Virus record (IMG/VR): IMGVR_UViG_3300025000_000056
Direction: 5' to 3' (one strand)
Length of the DNA: 64,000 bases
From: a virus
Lineage: Duplodnaviria > Heunggongvirae > Uroviricota > Caudoviricetes
Of the stretch, positions 30,468 to 39,974 are shown piece by piece (position 1 is the stretch's first letter; every line of letters begins with the position of its first letter). The position numbers and the translations under genes are program-made. The notes beneath the pieces were generated by a model that saw nothing but the letters and a program-made list of their open reading frames with translations, did no database searches and was not told the origin of the DNA.

Positions 30468-31589
30468 TTAGAATTTAAGCAACAGTCTGATTGCACCGAC
30501 CGCGCCGTCGAAGTTCCAGCTTGATGGTGTACCATATTGCTTCGCTTTATAGGTAATGGTTACAGTACCTCTGTTAACTGCATCAGCAGTATAACCGATA
30601 AAACCCTTAAGATGATTAATCGTGCAAGCGGCCGTAACGTCAACGCCACCAACCTTAATAATAACAGAGCCTTCAATAAGGTTTTTCTGCGGAGCAACAA
30701 AGGTGAAGAGCGAACCAACTAGAACACCTACTGGGATTTCGGCCATCTCGCGATCTGTAAATAAGGTATTTGACATATGAGCGCCATCATTGATGCCCTT
30801 GACACCGGTTTGAGTCGTTGTCATGTCGGACCAATAGCCCGTCATATCATTAGTTCCATTACGGTATCCGTCAACCAAGTCTGGATCAAACGGATAACCT
30901 GCTTCACTTGGAGCAGAATAACCAAGCTTATTAATAAAGACATCGTCTTGTTGCTTGGCGGATTCATTCCACATAGCCCATTCTAACCAGCTCTTTGGCG
31001 ATCCTTCGTCTTCAATACCAAGAACTTGACCGATAATGTCTTGAGGCAAGTCAGTAGCAGGATCCCATTTCATAACGCGACCAAGAGAAAATTCACCAGC
31101 ACCACCAAGGTCTGTCGCCTTAATGCAGCGCAGACGGTCTCCGGCTTTGATGTTCCCTACGGCAAAACCCCAGGGAACTTCAGGAAGTTCGACTTTGGAG
31201 TTCGGAGCATTTGTAAAGAGCGGAAGCTCTACGTACTCGCGAGTGATAATTGTGGGCTGATTATCATAGAAGCGGTCCTCTACTCGACGGATCAAACTAA
31301 ATGGAGTCATGCCGATTGTTGGCAGAATTCCATCAGCAATTGTAATCTCAGGAATCTGACGCCCGGTATCATAATCCTTACCGGTTTTACCAGTTGCAGC
31401 GATCATTAGTCCTTTAGAAATTACGACATCCTGCAGTGCGCCATACCAGCCATAATATGGATAAGTCATAAGTGTTGGTAGTCCTTCTTTGACTAACCAT
31501 TTTTCAGCCGGTGAATCACCACCGGATACTACGAGTTTAGTATTACTAGGCATTTGATTGCGTAATTTTGCACCCTCAAAAAGAGCCAT
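30468..31589 (-). CDS. Head decoration/cement protein with C-terminal beta-domain
   Basis: 373 aa between scaffold and MCP; GNIKAGDRL..IIGQVLG pattern typical of decoration proteins; inference from position. Confidence 0.55.
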   Translation of the reverse strand: MALFEGAKLRNQMPSNTKLVVSGGDSPAEKWLVKEGLPTLMTYPYYGWYGALQDVVISKGLMIAATGKTGKDYDTGRQIPEITIADGILPTIGMTPFSLIRRVEDRFYDNQPTIITREYVELPLFTNAPNSKVELPEVPWGFAVGNIKAGDRLRCIKATDLGGAGEFSLGRVMKWDPATDLPQDIIGQVLGIEDEGSPKSWLEWAMWNESAKQQDDVFINKLGYSAPSEAGYPFDPDLVDGYRNGTNDMTGYWSDMTTTQTGVKGINDGAHMSNTLFTDREMAEIPVGVLVGSLFTFVAPQKNLIEGSVIIKVGGVDVTAACTINHLKGFIGYTADAVNRGTVTITYKAKQYGTPSSWNFDGAVGAIRLLLKF

Positions 31590-31607
31590 GGATTTACCTC
31601 CTTACAT

Positions 31608-32942
31608 TTAGACCGTTTTGGTCAGATAAGATACAACCGTATTTGCATACTCTTCAAGTGTTGGAATATGCGGAACTTGAGGTTTAGCGGTTGTGGATTC
31701 AAGCGTCGATTGACCGGCGGCATCCGCCAGAGTAACAGGTTGAATAACGCGTACAGGTTGTTCAGTAAGCAAGACTGTTAGACCGTCATTGAGTGCTTGC
31801 GCATTCTCTTTGATATGGTTTGCAATGAGGTCGTCACGTTTATCGTTGGCTTCTTTACCTAAATGAATCTTTAGATCTACAACTCGTTCAGCAAGTAGCC
31901 GATGTGAATATGTAGCTAGACTAACGTTTTGTTTAAGCATCGAAGCGCTTTCTTCACTTGCAACACGTAACTCGTCAGTAAGTCGAGTTACATCAGCCTG
32001 AGTCTGGGTAAGACTCTGGCGACTTACTTCATGTTCTTGTGTTGCAGTGGCAAGTTTAGCTTCAAGAACAGTAATCTGTTCTTGAAGACTAGCTACTAGC
32101 TCCGGAGTAATTTCTTCAGTTGTTACTGCAGGAACTACAGGTGGAACATCAGTTACTACCGGAATGACAGGTGGTACTTCAGGAACACCCTCTGCAACTA
32201 CAGGAATTACTGGCGGAGTAGCTAAAGCCGTAACTTGGTCTAAGATGGTTGGATCGATTACAGTTTCATCAGTCACCAAGATTATCCTCCCTTCTTCAGT
32301 TTGACTATCCTTAACGGAATCTTGAACTTTATGGCCAATAACTTGCGAATGCACATCGGCTGGCATGTTGACAAAGCTAATTTCATCAAATTCCATTTCT
32401 CCGATAATGTAATAACACTTTTGACCTTCGTAGGTATTACCCTTCCAGTGACCGCAATACTCTTCAACGACGTTTTTACCGCAGATTGAACATCTTGCTT
32501 CATTAGTTGTAGCACCAATAGAAAGGGTTTTATATCGACCATCAAGGACTTTTTGAATTGCGTCCGAGTCGGTGATAAGCAAATCGAGAGCAATACATTT
32601 AACACCATCTATGAGTTTCGAATCGGTAAAGTTAGAACTCTTTACCCTGCCAAGAGGCTCTGTATAACTACTATGATTCTTAAGAACCGGCTTGTCATAG
32701 ATATCAGTCCAAGTACCGGCGCTAGATTCTAGTCGATTAGCAGGATACATCGTGTTATTCTTAGTCATCTTAGCGTGAATCGCTTCGACGGTCACGAGTA
32801 ACTTCTTAGGGTTCTCGCTTGTTCCGCTTTTAGCAGCATCCGTTAGAGCACTAGGATTACCGGATTCGTTGAGCATTTGCTTAATCTCTAGGACTTCTGT
32901 TAAACAGAAGCGTCCTTCTTTAAGCTCAAAGGGTTTGCTCAA
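31608..32942 (-). CDS. Prohead protease fused to scaffold
   Basis: EAIH..TKNNTMYP..PVLKNH..PLGRV..DGRYKTLSIG..CSICG..CGH..FDEISFVNMPAD, then PV-rich linker and coiled coil. Start re-assigned to TTG 32942 after AAGGAGGT (track start 32978). Confidence 0.85.
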   Translation of the reverse strand: MSKPFELKEGRFCLTEVLEIKQMLNESGNPSALTDAAKSGTSENPKKLLVTVEAIHAKMTKNNTMYPANRLESSAGTWTDIYDKPVLKNHSSYTEPLGRVKSSNFTDSKLIDGVKCIALDLLITDSDAIQKVLDGRYKTLSIGATTNEARCSICGKNVVEEYCGHWKGNTYEGQKCYYIIGEMEFDEISFVNMPADVHSQVIGHKVQDSVKDSQTEEGRIILVTDETVIDPTILDQVTALATPPVIPVVAEGVPEVPPVIPVVTDVPPVVPAVTTEEITPELVASLQEQITVLEAKLATATQEHEVSRQSLTQTQADVTRLTDELRVASEESASMLKQNVSLATYSHRLLAERVVDLKIHLGKEANDKRDDLIANHIKENAQALNDGLTVLLTEQPVRVIQPVTLADAAGQSTLESTTAKPQVPHIPTLEEYANTVVSYLTKTV

Positions 32943-34791
32943 ACTCGTCCACCTCCTTATTTGAACCATTGATACCAATAATGTCAGTTAAACGATTTTC
33001 CATAACCCTAAATAATGAACTAATAGTTTCTGATGCTTCATTCAGTTTATTAGAACCTTGTGTTTCAACTAGCAATTTAATCGTAGTATCATGAATCTGT
33101 GCTAACATTCTCTTGATACTAATCTGTGTTGTTGAAGTAATTGCTCCATTAAATTCAATTGTGACATCATTTAACCGTTGTTCTGTATGTTTAACAGTAA
33201 GCGTAACGTCCTTAAGAAGTGCAGCGTTGTTACGTTTATCTGAGCTAGGATTATCAAGGTAATCAAAGTAGTTCTTAGCAATGATTTTTAAGCCTTCGCT
33301 AAGAAGCGTATACTCGTTTTCCATAGCTGTCTCATAAGCGGTCTTTTGTTTCTTCTTCACAGGTTTCTTCGGTGATTTAGAACCAGGTCTTGTTTTAGGC
33401 TTAGGAGCATTCTTTTTAGCAGCCGGACTTGTTGATGTTGCTGGTGCGACTGCGGCTTTAGCAGCGGCCGTGGCTTCAACTGTTGGGATTGTTACCATGT
33501 TTAAGAACATGAAAGATTCATCGAGTATTGGATCGAAACCAAGGCGTACGCGCATTTCGTTTTGATCAATTGAATTATGTTCATAAAGGTAAACGGCTTG
33601 ATTCTCGAATTTGATCTGAGCATCAAGATCGATTTCTTTAAAGACAAACCGAACGTCATCGTCCGGATTTAAAACCGGATCGTAGCCGCCTTCCATTAAG
33701 AGTTCCTTAATCATAGACTCATTTGTGAAAGCTGCAATAATCGTCTGCATGGCCTTGACCCTATCAATAAAGTCAGTCGTCATGTTGTCTGATGTACCAC
33801 GATTCGCAGCCCCTCCACGTCCGAAGAGTGTTTCAGGAACACCAAGACCAGAGAAAACCCGCGACTCAAAGTGTTTAAGATACGGTTGAGCATCGATAAT
33901 CTGATCTGATGCAATCGCCTTGATATTGACTCTTTCAGAGGTAATAAGTCCTCCTTCAAGTTCCATACTTTCAATGGCGAGCTTCACATCATCAACTTCT
34001 GGATCATCGGCAGGTTCTTCTTGAGTACCTACTTGAATGTGATGAAAGGGGTAAAGGTTCCGATAAATCATACGTAGGATATTCTCTTCTGCCTGACGTA
34101 AGGCTCTGATATCATCTAATACCGGAAACAGAAAACTCTGCCCAAAGGCATAACCTTTCTCACGTCGATAATACATATGGATGACATCTTCAGGCTTAAA
34201 TTTAACCGGCTTACCTTGACCTCCTTGAGCTTCTTGTTGCCATGCCTTAACGGTGCCAAACTGGTCACGATTGACACTAACCGTAAGCATATTTAGTGGA
34301 AAGTATCCGGCTACCGGCATTCCACCGGCAACCCCCTGGATAGCAATGCCTTGAGGTAGTGGTTGTCCATTTTTAACTCGCGCCTTAACAATGACCGTAT
34401 TAGAATACTTAACGACATCTTCAGCGATTTCGATAAAGAGTTGCTCTGTTGGAATCTGAGTTGATTCGGCAATTAACTTAAATCGTGTTCGTATGTAATC
34501 GATAGCATCTGCGTTGTTTCCCGTAAGATCCCATCCAGCTTTAAACATAAGCTCTATGTATTTATCACACGCAACACGAACATAAGATTCCGTATTATAA
34601 GCTTTACTTATTAAGTTCAAGTCAAACTCTGGACCAGAAAAGTCTCTCCCATTAGCGCCACCCGTAACTAAAGCAAGTTTCTTGATGATGGACTGTTTAG
34701 GATCACGTTTCGCACCACCGCCCTTACTAGGTGTGCTAACAGGAGCTTCACTTATTCCGAGCCAGGTTTGAATCATGGATCTAACACCCAC
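32926..34791 (-). CDS. Portal protein
   Basis: 621 aa; SYVRVACDKYIELM..FKPEDVIH..GYAFGQSFLFPVLDDIRAL..VFSGLGVPETLFG..NRGTSD; extended basic C-terminus. Confidence 0.88.
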   Translation of the reverse strand: MGVRSMIQTWLGISEAPVSTPSKGGGAKRDPKQSIIKKLALVTGGANGRDFSGPEFDLNLISKAYNTESYVRVACDKYIELMFKAGWDLTGNNADAIDYIRTRFKLIAESTQIPTEQLFIEIAEDVVKYSNTVIVKARVKNGQPLPQGIAIQGVAGGMPVAGYFPLNMLTVSVNRDQFGTVKAWQQEAQGGQGKPVKFKPEDVIHMYYRREKGYAFGQSFLFPVLDDIRALRQAEENILRMIYRNLYPFHHIQVGTQEEPADDPEVDDVKLAIESMELEGGLITSERVNIKAIASDQIIDAQPYLKHFESRVFSGLGVPETLFGRGGAANRGTSDNMTTDFIDRVKAMQTIIAAFTNESMIKELLMEGGYDPVLNPDDDVRFVFKEIDLDAQIKFENQAVYLYEHNSIDQNEMRVRLGFDPILDESFMFLNMVTIPTVEATAAAKAAVAPATSTSPAAKKNAPKPKTRPGSKSPKKPVKKKQKTAYETAMENEYTLLSEGLKIIAKNYFDYLDNPSSDKRNNAALLKDVTLTVKHTEQRLNDVTIEFNGAITSTTQISIKRMLAQIHDTTIKLLVETQGSNKLNEASETISSLFRVMENRLTDIIGINGSNKEVDEFEQTL

Positions 34792-34820
34792 TTCATCACC
34801 TCGCTTTATTGGACTACTAA

Positions 34821-35150
34821 TTACTTATTGACGTGTTGGGCTTTTGCCATATTGGCACTTGAGAGACTTTGAAGAATCTTAACGATTTCATGTAGGTAGT
34901 TACCGCCTCGACTAACTAATATTCCTGCAAGCAGGATTCCGGCATAATATTGAACACCGTTTCCGCCGAGCAAATCAAAGTTCGTAGCAAGTGACGTTAC
35001 GATACCGACAATGACAGAAATGCCAAACTTAATTCTGTCATCAGTAATACTAAAAATGTTCTTTAAGATCTCAACCGTTGCCTCTGTAACAAAGGCCAAA
35101 CCGATAAGATTCGTTAAGATAGAAATTAACATATCCGTTGAAATACTCAC
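34821..35150 (-). CDS. Holin-like membrane protein
   Basis: 109 aa, about 3 hydrophobic helices, GILVSRGGNYLHEI motif, next to endolysin. Confidence 0.7.
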   Translation of the reverse strand: MSISTDMLISILTNLIGLAFVTEATVEILKNIFSITDDRIKFGISVIVGIVTSLATNFDLLGGNGVQYYAGILLAGILVSRGGNYLHEIVKILQSLSSANMAKAQHVNK

Positions 35151-35182
35151 AATATAACACCTCCCATTAAGACTCTCTATTC

Positions 35183-35214
35183 ATATATAAACAGGGAAGA
35201 ATGGTCATTTTGTA
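35183..35214 (-). promoter_or_regulatory. Candidate late promoter TACAA-N21-ATATAT (copy 1)
   Basis: Minus strand TACAA-AATGACCATTCTTCCCTGTTT-ATATAT, about 30 nt upstream of the holin-portal-capsid unit; identical spacing in two other intergenic sites. Confidence 0.55.
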
Positions 35215-35266
35215 GCATTTAGATAATGAGTTAAAATAAATATTACAAAATGAATGTTATCTGTAA

Positions 35267-35707
35267 CTAATAACCAGCGGGCGCTTCGGAAGGACCGGGT
35301 AAATCATTAACAACAGGCTCGACGATTGTGAGTCCGGCCTCTTTGACGATTTGTTTAGCAGCATGTAATCGTTCATCGATTCTCTTTTGAACTTCAACAT
35401 CGGCTTTTGACTTAGCGTCTTTATAGATATTATTAGCTAAACCATCCATGGTTTGTTTCGAAACAACGAAACGTATCCATTTAGGTAAATGATCATAGGA
35501 TTTATCCACGACGAATTTCATCGCTTCAAGACCTGTCTCGAAGGCTAACTCTTCAGCTTGCTTAGCAACCCGAAGCATAAACTTCAGGGAGATCTCTTTA
35601 GCCTTAGATATCGCAAAGGCGCGAATACCGGCAATAATCGTACCACCGAGAATAGCGCCCCATGCTCCATTTAGTTGAACAAGTATATGGGTAAGTATTT
35701 CATACAT
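35267..35707 (-). CDS. Second holin-like/lysis accessory protein
   Basis: 146 aa, one N-terminal TM segment followed by amphipathic helices; adjacent to endolysin. Confidence 0.5.
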   Translation of the reverse strand: MYEILTHILVQLNGAWGAILGGTIIAGIRAFAISKAKEISLKFMLRVAKQAEELAFETGLEAMKFVVDKSYDHLPKWIRFVVSKQTMDGLANNIYKDAKSKADVEVQKRIDERLHAAKQIVKEAGLTIVEPVVNDLPGPSEAPAGY

Positions 35708-35708
35708 A

Positions 35709-36584
35709 TTACCTACCTCCGTTATGGATATAAGTTAATACTTGAAGTGCTGTATCAACACGGTCCGTTCCGGACAAATGCTTGTCCGATTTAATTTGAC
35801 TACCATTAAGGAGATATTGACCTACCGTTCCTCCAACTGTGATAATGCGAGTCGCAACATCTAAATCTGCCTTAGTTACACTCTCCAGGGCAATACTAAT
35901 TCCACTGGTAACGTATGCCATATAATAAGCAGAATGGACATCGACGGCATATTCATAGATAACAATCGTTCCCACTTTATTCACCTCCGTTACTGGAGTT
36001 GGTACTGGCACGGGTCGCGATTCATTATAAGTGATACCCAGATAATCACAAATTCCTTGAGCATGGCCAACCGCGATAGCCTGACGAAAATTAGGATCAC
36101 TTAATTTACGAGCATCACTTGGTGTATCGATAAATCCACTTTCAGTCAAGATGGCTGGAGCGTTTGTGTATTTTAACACGTAATCATTCGCAGTTTTAAC
36201 TCCGCGGTTTGACCAACCACATTGAGAGACTAATCGAGATAAGACGGATTTAGCTAATTTCTCTGCGCGGCCGCCCGTAGAAACAACCCAAACTTCAGAC
36301 CCAGTGCCGCCGCCTGCGTTAATGTGAATTGATACATAGAGATCAACATTTGCATTATTAGCAATATCACATCGTGCTTTTAATGATCCCGATACAGAAC
36401 TATAATTCCCAGGAACTTTTTCACCAGTTCTTGTCATAACAACTTCAATACCGTTAGCCTCAAGAAGAGGCTTAAGACGTAGTCCAATATCGAGTGTTAG
36501 GTCCTGCTCAAAAAGACCACAACCCTGAGCACCTGTATCAATACCAGACTTATTATGACCTGGGTCAATACATATCTTAGGCAT
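35709..36584 (-). CDS. Endolysin, N-acetylmuramoyl-L-alanine amidase (Amidase_3) with C-terminal wall-binding region
   Basis: ICIDPGH..GL.EQDLTL..VVMTR..LYVSIHINAGGG.GSE..SNRGVK..VLKYTNAPAILTESGFID. Confidence 0.92.
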   Translation of the reverse strand: MPKICIDPGHNKSGIDTGAQGCGLFEQDLTLDIGLRLKPLLEANGIEVVMTRTGEKVPGNYSSVSGSLKARCDIANNANVDLYVSIHINAGGGTGSEVWVVSTGGRAEKLAKSVLSRLVSQCGWSNRGVKTANDYVLKYTNAPAILTESGFIDTPSDARKLSDPNFRQAIAVGHAQGICDYLGITYNESRPVPVPTPVTEVNKVGTIVIYEYAVDVHSAYYMAYVTSGISIALESVTKADLDVATRIITVGGTVGQYLLNGSQIKSDKHLSGTDRVDTALQVLTYIHNGGR

Positions 36585-36596
36585 TTAAATCACCTC

Positions 36597-36698
36597 TTAT
36601 TTTGTTTTAGGAGTTTTAACGGTGTTGGGATTAGGTTTTGATGGACGTAATCCAACAAGACCATACATAACATTTTCATAATCCGATTCTTTGCTCAT
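36597..36698 (-). CDS. 33-aa small protein (below track cut-off)
   Basis: GGAG RBS, MSKESDYENVMYGLVGLRPSKPNPNTVKTPKTK, fills the gap in the operon. Confidence 0.55.
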   Translation of the reverse strand: MSKESDYENVMYGLVGLRPSKPNPNTVKTPKTK

Positions 36699-36718
36699 AT
36701 GTAAACACTCCATTCGTA

Positions 36719-36889
36719 TTAGATTTTAACCTTACGTTTTTTACCAGGCCGGTTAGGGGTTAGGATGCATTTTGTCATCCATCCTTTGATCTCATAAAGT
36801 TCCTTCTCGCATCTACGTACGCAGGTATCTTTAATAAAACAATAGCAACATTTGATTTTAACTTCTTCAGGAATTGATAACTTAGCCAT
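36719..36889 (-). CDS. 56-aa Cys-rich basic protein (below track cut-off)
   Basis: GAGGAGGGGAG RBS, MAKLSIPEEVKIKCCYCFIKDTCVRRCEKELYEIKGWMTKCILTPNRPGKKRKVKI. Confidence 0.65.
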   Translation of the reverse strand: MAKLSIPEEVKIKCCYCFIKDTCVRRCEKELYEIKGWMTKCILTPNRPGKKRKVKI

Positions 36890-36919
36890 ACTCTCCCCTC
36901 CTCTCTAAAGCATTATAGA

Positions 36920-37423
36920 TTACCAGTGAATTGCATTTATTTCACTCTCAGAGTTGAGAGATAAAACGTAAACTTTGAGTTGCCAATAACGTGCAATTTT
37001 ACCAAGCTTACTTACAGCAACATCGTCAACTACCGCATACCATTCTTCACGAGTATGCGGAATAGGGCCAATGTCATCTGTCTTCCAGTAAATTGTATCA
37101 ATAGAAGGATTTCTCGTTAAGATAGCGTCCTGTTCATTGAAGTTAATTTGATCCTTATAACTAAAACCATAATGATGACCATTCGATGCTATGAATCCGG
37201 ATAAGATATCGTTTTCACAAGCTTCGTCAAGTTCATTAAGTTTATCTTTACGAACCACTTCAATCCATGCTTGATCAAGTTGCTCTTGTGTTGGTTGTGG
37301 ATCTGATATATTCCATTGATCTATGTAGGCTCCCTCTCCATCGTCTCGAACAAGAATGTCTTTCATCATACAAGTATTAGGAAATAGATAAATTAAGGCT
37401 CGTGCTAAATTCATAATTGTCAT
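36920..37423 (-). CDS. XkdW-like/DUF4376-like tail fibre assembly protein
   Basis: NLARALIYLFP..VRDDGEGAYIDQWN...QPTQEQL (XkdW-like) plus ELDEACENDILSGF..HYGFS..DQINF..WKT..HTREE (DUF4376-like). Confidence 0.7.
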   Translation of the reverse strand: MTIMNLARALIYLFPNTCMMKDILVRDDGEGAYIDQWNISDPQPTQEQLDQAWIEVVRKDKLNELDEACENDILSGFIASNGHHYGFSYKDQINFNEQDAILTRNPSIDTIYWKTDDIGPIPHTREEWYAVVDDVAVSKLGKIARYWQLKVYVLSLNSESEINAIHW

Positions 37424-37428
37424 TCTCC

Positions 37429-37983
37429 TTACGAGGTCTTAATTCCATTAAAGTAAGTTAAATCAGGTCCGTAGGTAACATCGGTTCCATCACTTGTATA
37501 ACAATAGACTTCAACGTAATCGCCTGCTTTAAGCTTTATAGTTGCCGTACCAGACGAAGCATGGGTTGTAACGGTTATTTTTGATGATGCTGTTTGATCA
37601 AAAACCTGGGCCTTACTCGATCCATTAACATAAAGACTAGCACGCACTCTATTGGCAGGAGCGTCCGATGACCATTCGATGGATAAACTAAAGGTATATG
37701 TTCCATCGCTCAAAGCAACGAAACGCGATTGACTTAAGTTAAATTCGTTTAACATGTCATAAATTTCTGTATTAAATGTTACCTTAGTCCATGTGTTTGT
37801 GTTAATAGCTTGAATTGTTGTCGCTTTGTAAACAGAGAAACCAGACATTGTTTGTAAATCCAATTGTTCTGGTAAGATTGATTTAGGTTTAATATGACGA
37901 GATTCGATGGCTAAATCATCAATATCATCTGAAGTAATTCCTCGGTCTTTAATCTCTTTTCCTGGGATTTGTTGTAGTGGCAT
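37429..37983 (-). CDS. Fibre tip/receptor-binding protein with C1q-like domain
   Basis: TKVTFNTEIYD..FNLSQSRFVA..DGTYTFS..ASLYVNG..ATIKLKAGDYVEVY..YFNG. Confidence 0.7.
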   Translation of the reverse strand: MPLQQIPGKEIKDRGITSDDIDDLAIESRHIKPKSILPEQLDLQTMSGFSVYKATTIQAINTNTWTKVTFNTEIYDMLNEFNLSQSRFVALSDGTYTFSLSIEWSSDAPANRVRASLYVNGSSKAQVFDQTASSKITVTTHASSGTATIKLKAGDYVEVYCYTSDGTDVTYGPDLTYFNGIKTS

Positions 37984-37996
37984 TATAATCTCCCCT

Positions 37997-38026
37997 TAAA
38001 GGAGAGAGATTAATCTCTCTCCTTTA
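37997..38026. repeat. Perfect 30-bp palindrome, intergenic
   Basis: TAAAGGAGAGAGATT|AATCTCTCTCCTTTA after the 570-aa fibre gene. Confidence 0.9.
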
Positions 38027-38030
38027 TTAA

Positions 38031-39743
38031 TTACTCAGCGTTGTTATTGATGAACTTAAAGATTACAACATCCCCGACAGCAAGGACTTCGGGACTGAAG
38101 TCCACGCCTGTTCCATCTGCCAGCTCAGCATAATGCAAACCTTTAGCTTGCAATACACCGTTGACGAAAACATCGAGACTATCATCTCCTACTTGGAACG
38201 TTTTACCTCCAGTTAGATTGACAATCTGTTCTCCACCAACAGCAGAGAAGACCTGTTTGGTATGAGCATGGATTTTGGTACCTTGTTTAAGAGTACCATC
38301 TTCATTTAAGGCACGATCCAAGCGAGTATCGAGATCCACAGCAGAACCGCGAGCGGCAGTAATTTCTGTCTCAAGAGCCGTAGCGCGACCAGCCAAAGCA
38401 ACTTCTGCAAGTCCAGCGCGAGTCACTTCAGCAGCGATTGCATCAGCATTAGCAACCTCGGCGAGTCCGGCACGAGTAACTTCGGCAGCAATAGCGTCAG
38501 CGTTAGCTACTTCGGCAAGTCCGGCACGGATAACTTCCGCATCGAGTGCATCGGTCAGAACACCCTCGGCAGCAGTAGCCCGAGTAACCTCATCACTGAC
38601 AGCAGTTGTTAATACGCCCTCAGCGGCTACGGCACGATCATGCTCAACGGTGACTGCAGCATTGCGATCGATAACTTCTTGAGCCACCGCATCACTTAAG
38701 GCTGTTGCTCCGGAAGTATCTGCGTCAAGTAAAAGCTTAACCTTAGCATCGACTGTAGATTCAATGTCGTCTAAGCGCTCTTCGAGATCTACGAAAGTAT
38801 CAATAGCAAAGACGCCATTAACAGTAGCCGCATCACGAGTATGAGTATCGGTAACTTCAGCGCCACCACCAGTTTCAAGATCAGCAATACGATCGCTTAA
38901 TGCGGTATCGGCCGTCGCACGAGTACCTGCTTCAGCAGTCAGTGCTTCTTGAAGTGCAGTGTTCGCTAACGAACGAGTCGATACCTCAGTGTCCAGTGCA
39001 TCTTGAACAGCATCAACAGCAACTCCGCGAGCGATAATCTCATCAGCAATTTGAGTAGCCAAAGAGGTTGTAAGATTACCTACTCCGTCATTATCAAGAG
39101 CCCAAGCGCCGCCATAAATGTCCTTAGCGAGTTGTTCAAGATTAAACGTAGCCGTAACATCCATAGCTCCTTCGACAAATGACCCACCCTCAGTTACTGC
39201 GAAATCTTCTGGCATATCAAGCAGACTACCGCGCTTAAGATAAAAGAGGTCAACAGTGACGGGAACGACCATTGTGTATGGAGTTTCGACAACACCATCG
39301 TTGTCAAAGGTTAAGACATACTTGTCAGTTTCAACAACGTACGTAATGCGACCGAAGATGATATTACCATCAACGTCCCTTAATGGAGTATCTTCTGTTA
39401 CTCCATCGCGCATAATGAATTTGTTGTTTGGAGCATCTGTAATAACACCTTGACTAGTGCCATTCGATGTCACAGGAAGACCATCAATAAAGAAATCTTG
39501 TACTCCGTCGTTAAACTTGTAACGACCCTCAACGTTGACGAATTCAAGTGCACTAACACCGGCTGCTACTTGAATGTCATTGAGTTGCACCTTATAGAGA
39601 ACCTTTTTATTAGCTAAGGTCTCGGTGTGTGCATTGAAATCGATGGATAATTTGTTTTCCGCAATGGCAGCGTCAGCAGCAATATGACTATCTTTAATTG
39701 CACTACCCTGAATCTGAGCACCACGAATTTTAACAAATGCCAT
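38031..39743 (-). CDS. Long coiled-coil fibre protein with 18-aa repeats
   Basis: AEVTRAGLAEVANADAIA-type repeats; C-terminal LDVFVNGVLQ..HYAE domain. Confidence 0.75.
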   Translation of the reverse strand: MAFVKIRGAQIQGSAIKDSHIAADAAIAENKLSIDFNAHTETLANKKVLYKVQLNDIQVAAGVSALEFVNVEGRYKFNDGVQDFFIDGLPVTSNGTSQGVITDAPNNKFIMRDGVTEDTPLRDVDGNIIFGRITYVVETDKYVLTFDNDGVVETPYTMVVPVTVDLFYLKRGSLLDMPEDFAVTEGGSFVEGAMDVTATFNLEQLAKDIYGGAWALDNDGVGNLTTSLATQIADEIIARGVAVDAVQDALDTEVSTRSLANTALQEALTAEAGTRATADTALSDRIADLETGGGAEVTDTHTRDAATVNGVFAIDTFVDLEERLDDIESTVDAKVKLLLDADTSGATALSDAVAQEVIDRNAAVTVEHDRAVAAEGVLTTAVSDEVTRATAAEGVLTDALDAEVIRAGLAEVANADAIAAEVTRAGLAEVANADAIAAEVTRAGLAEVALAGRATALETEITAARGSAVDLDTRLDRALNEDGTLKQGTKIHAHTKQVFSAVGGEQIVNLTGGKTFQVGDDSLDVFVNGVLQAKGLHYAELADGTGVDFSPEVLAVGDVVIFKFINNNAE

Positions 39744-39817
39744 AATAGATCAACCCCTAAATAGGAGATTGGGTGTGTTTCACCCTGTCAGGTCTCTTAA
39801 CCTAACTTACGGCAGTC

Positions 39818-39964
39818 CTAGTTTTTAGGACCGCTAAACATGCTCACCAGTAACTCAAAGGAATCATAGAGTTGATCACATTTAAGACAGCGCAAACGAT
39901 GAACATCATCTCCAAAGAAGACAGCATGTAATTCTTCTTTACAAATTGGACAAGTAAACAACAT
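39818..39964 (-). CDS. 48-aa zinc-ribbon protein (below track cut-off)
   Basis: AGGTGA RBS, MLFTCPICKEELHAVFFGDDVHRLRCLKCDQLYDSFELLVSMFSGPKN. Confidence 0.65.
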   Translation of the reverse strand: MLFTCPICKEELHAVFFGDDVHRLRCLKCDQLYDSFELLVSMFSGPKN

Positions 39965-39974
39965 AACAATCACC

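Noticed and set aside
38390-38560. 54-nt repeats as a CRISPR array or DGR template/variable repeat
   Set aside because: Repeats are contiguous in-frame coding units diverging at synonymous sites; no spacers, no adenine-specific differences, no reverse transcriptase.
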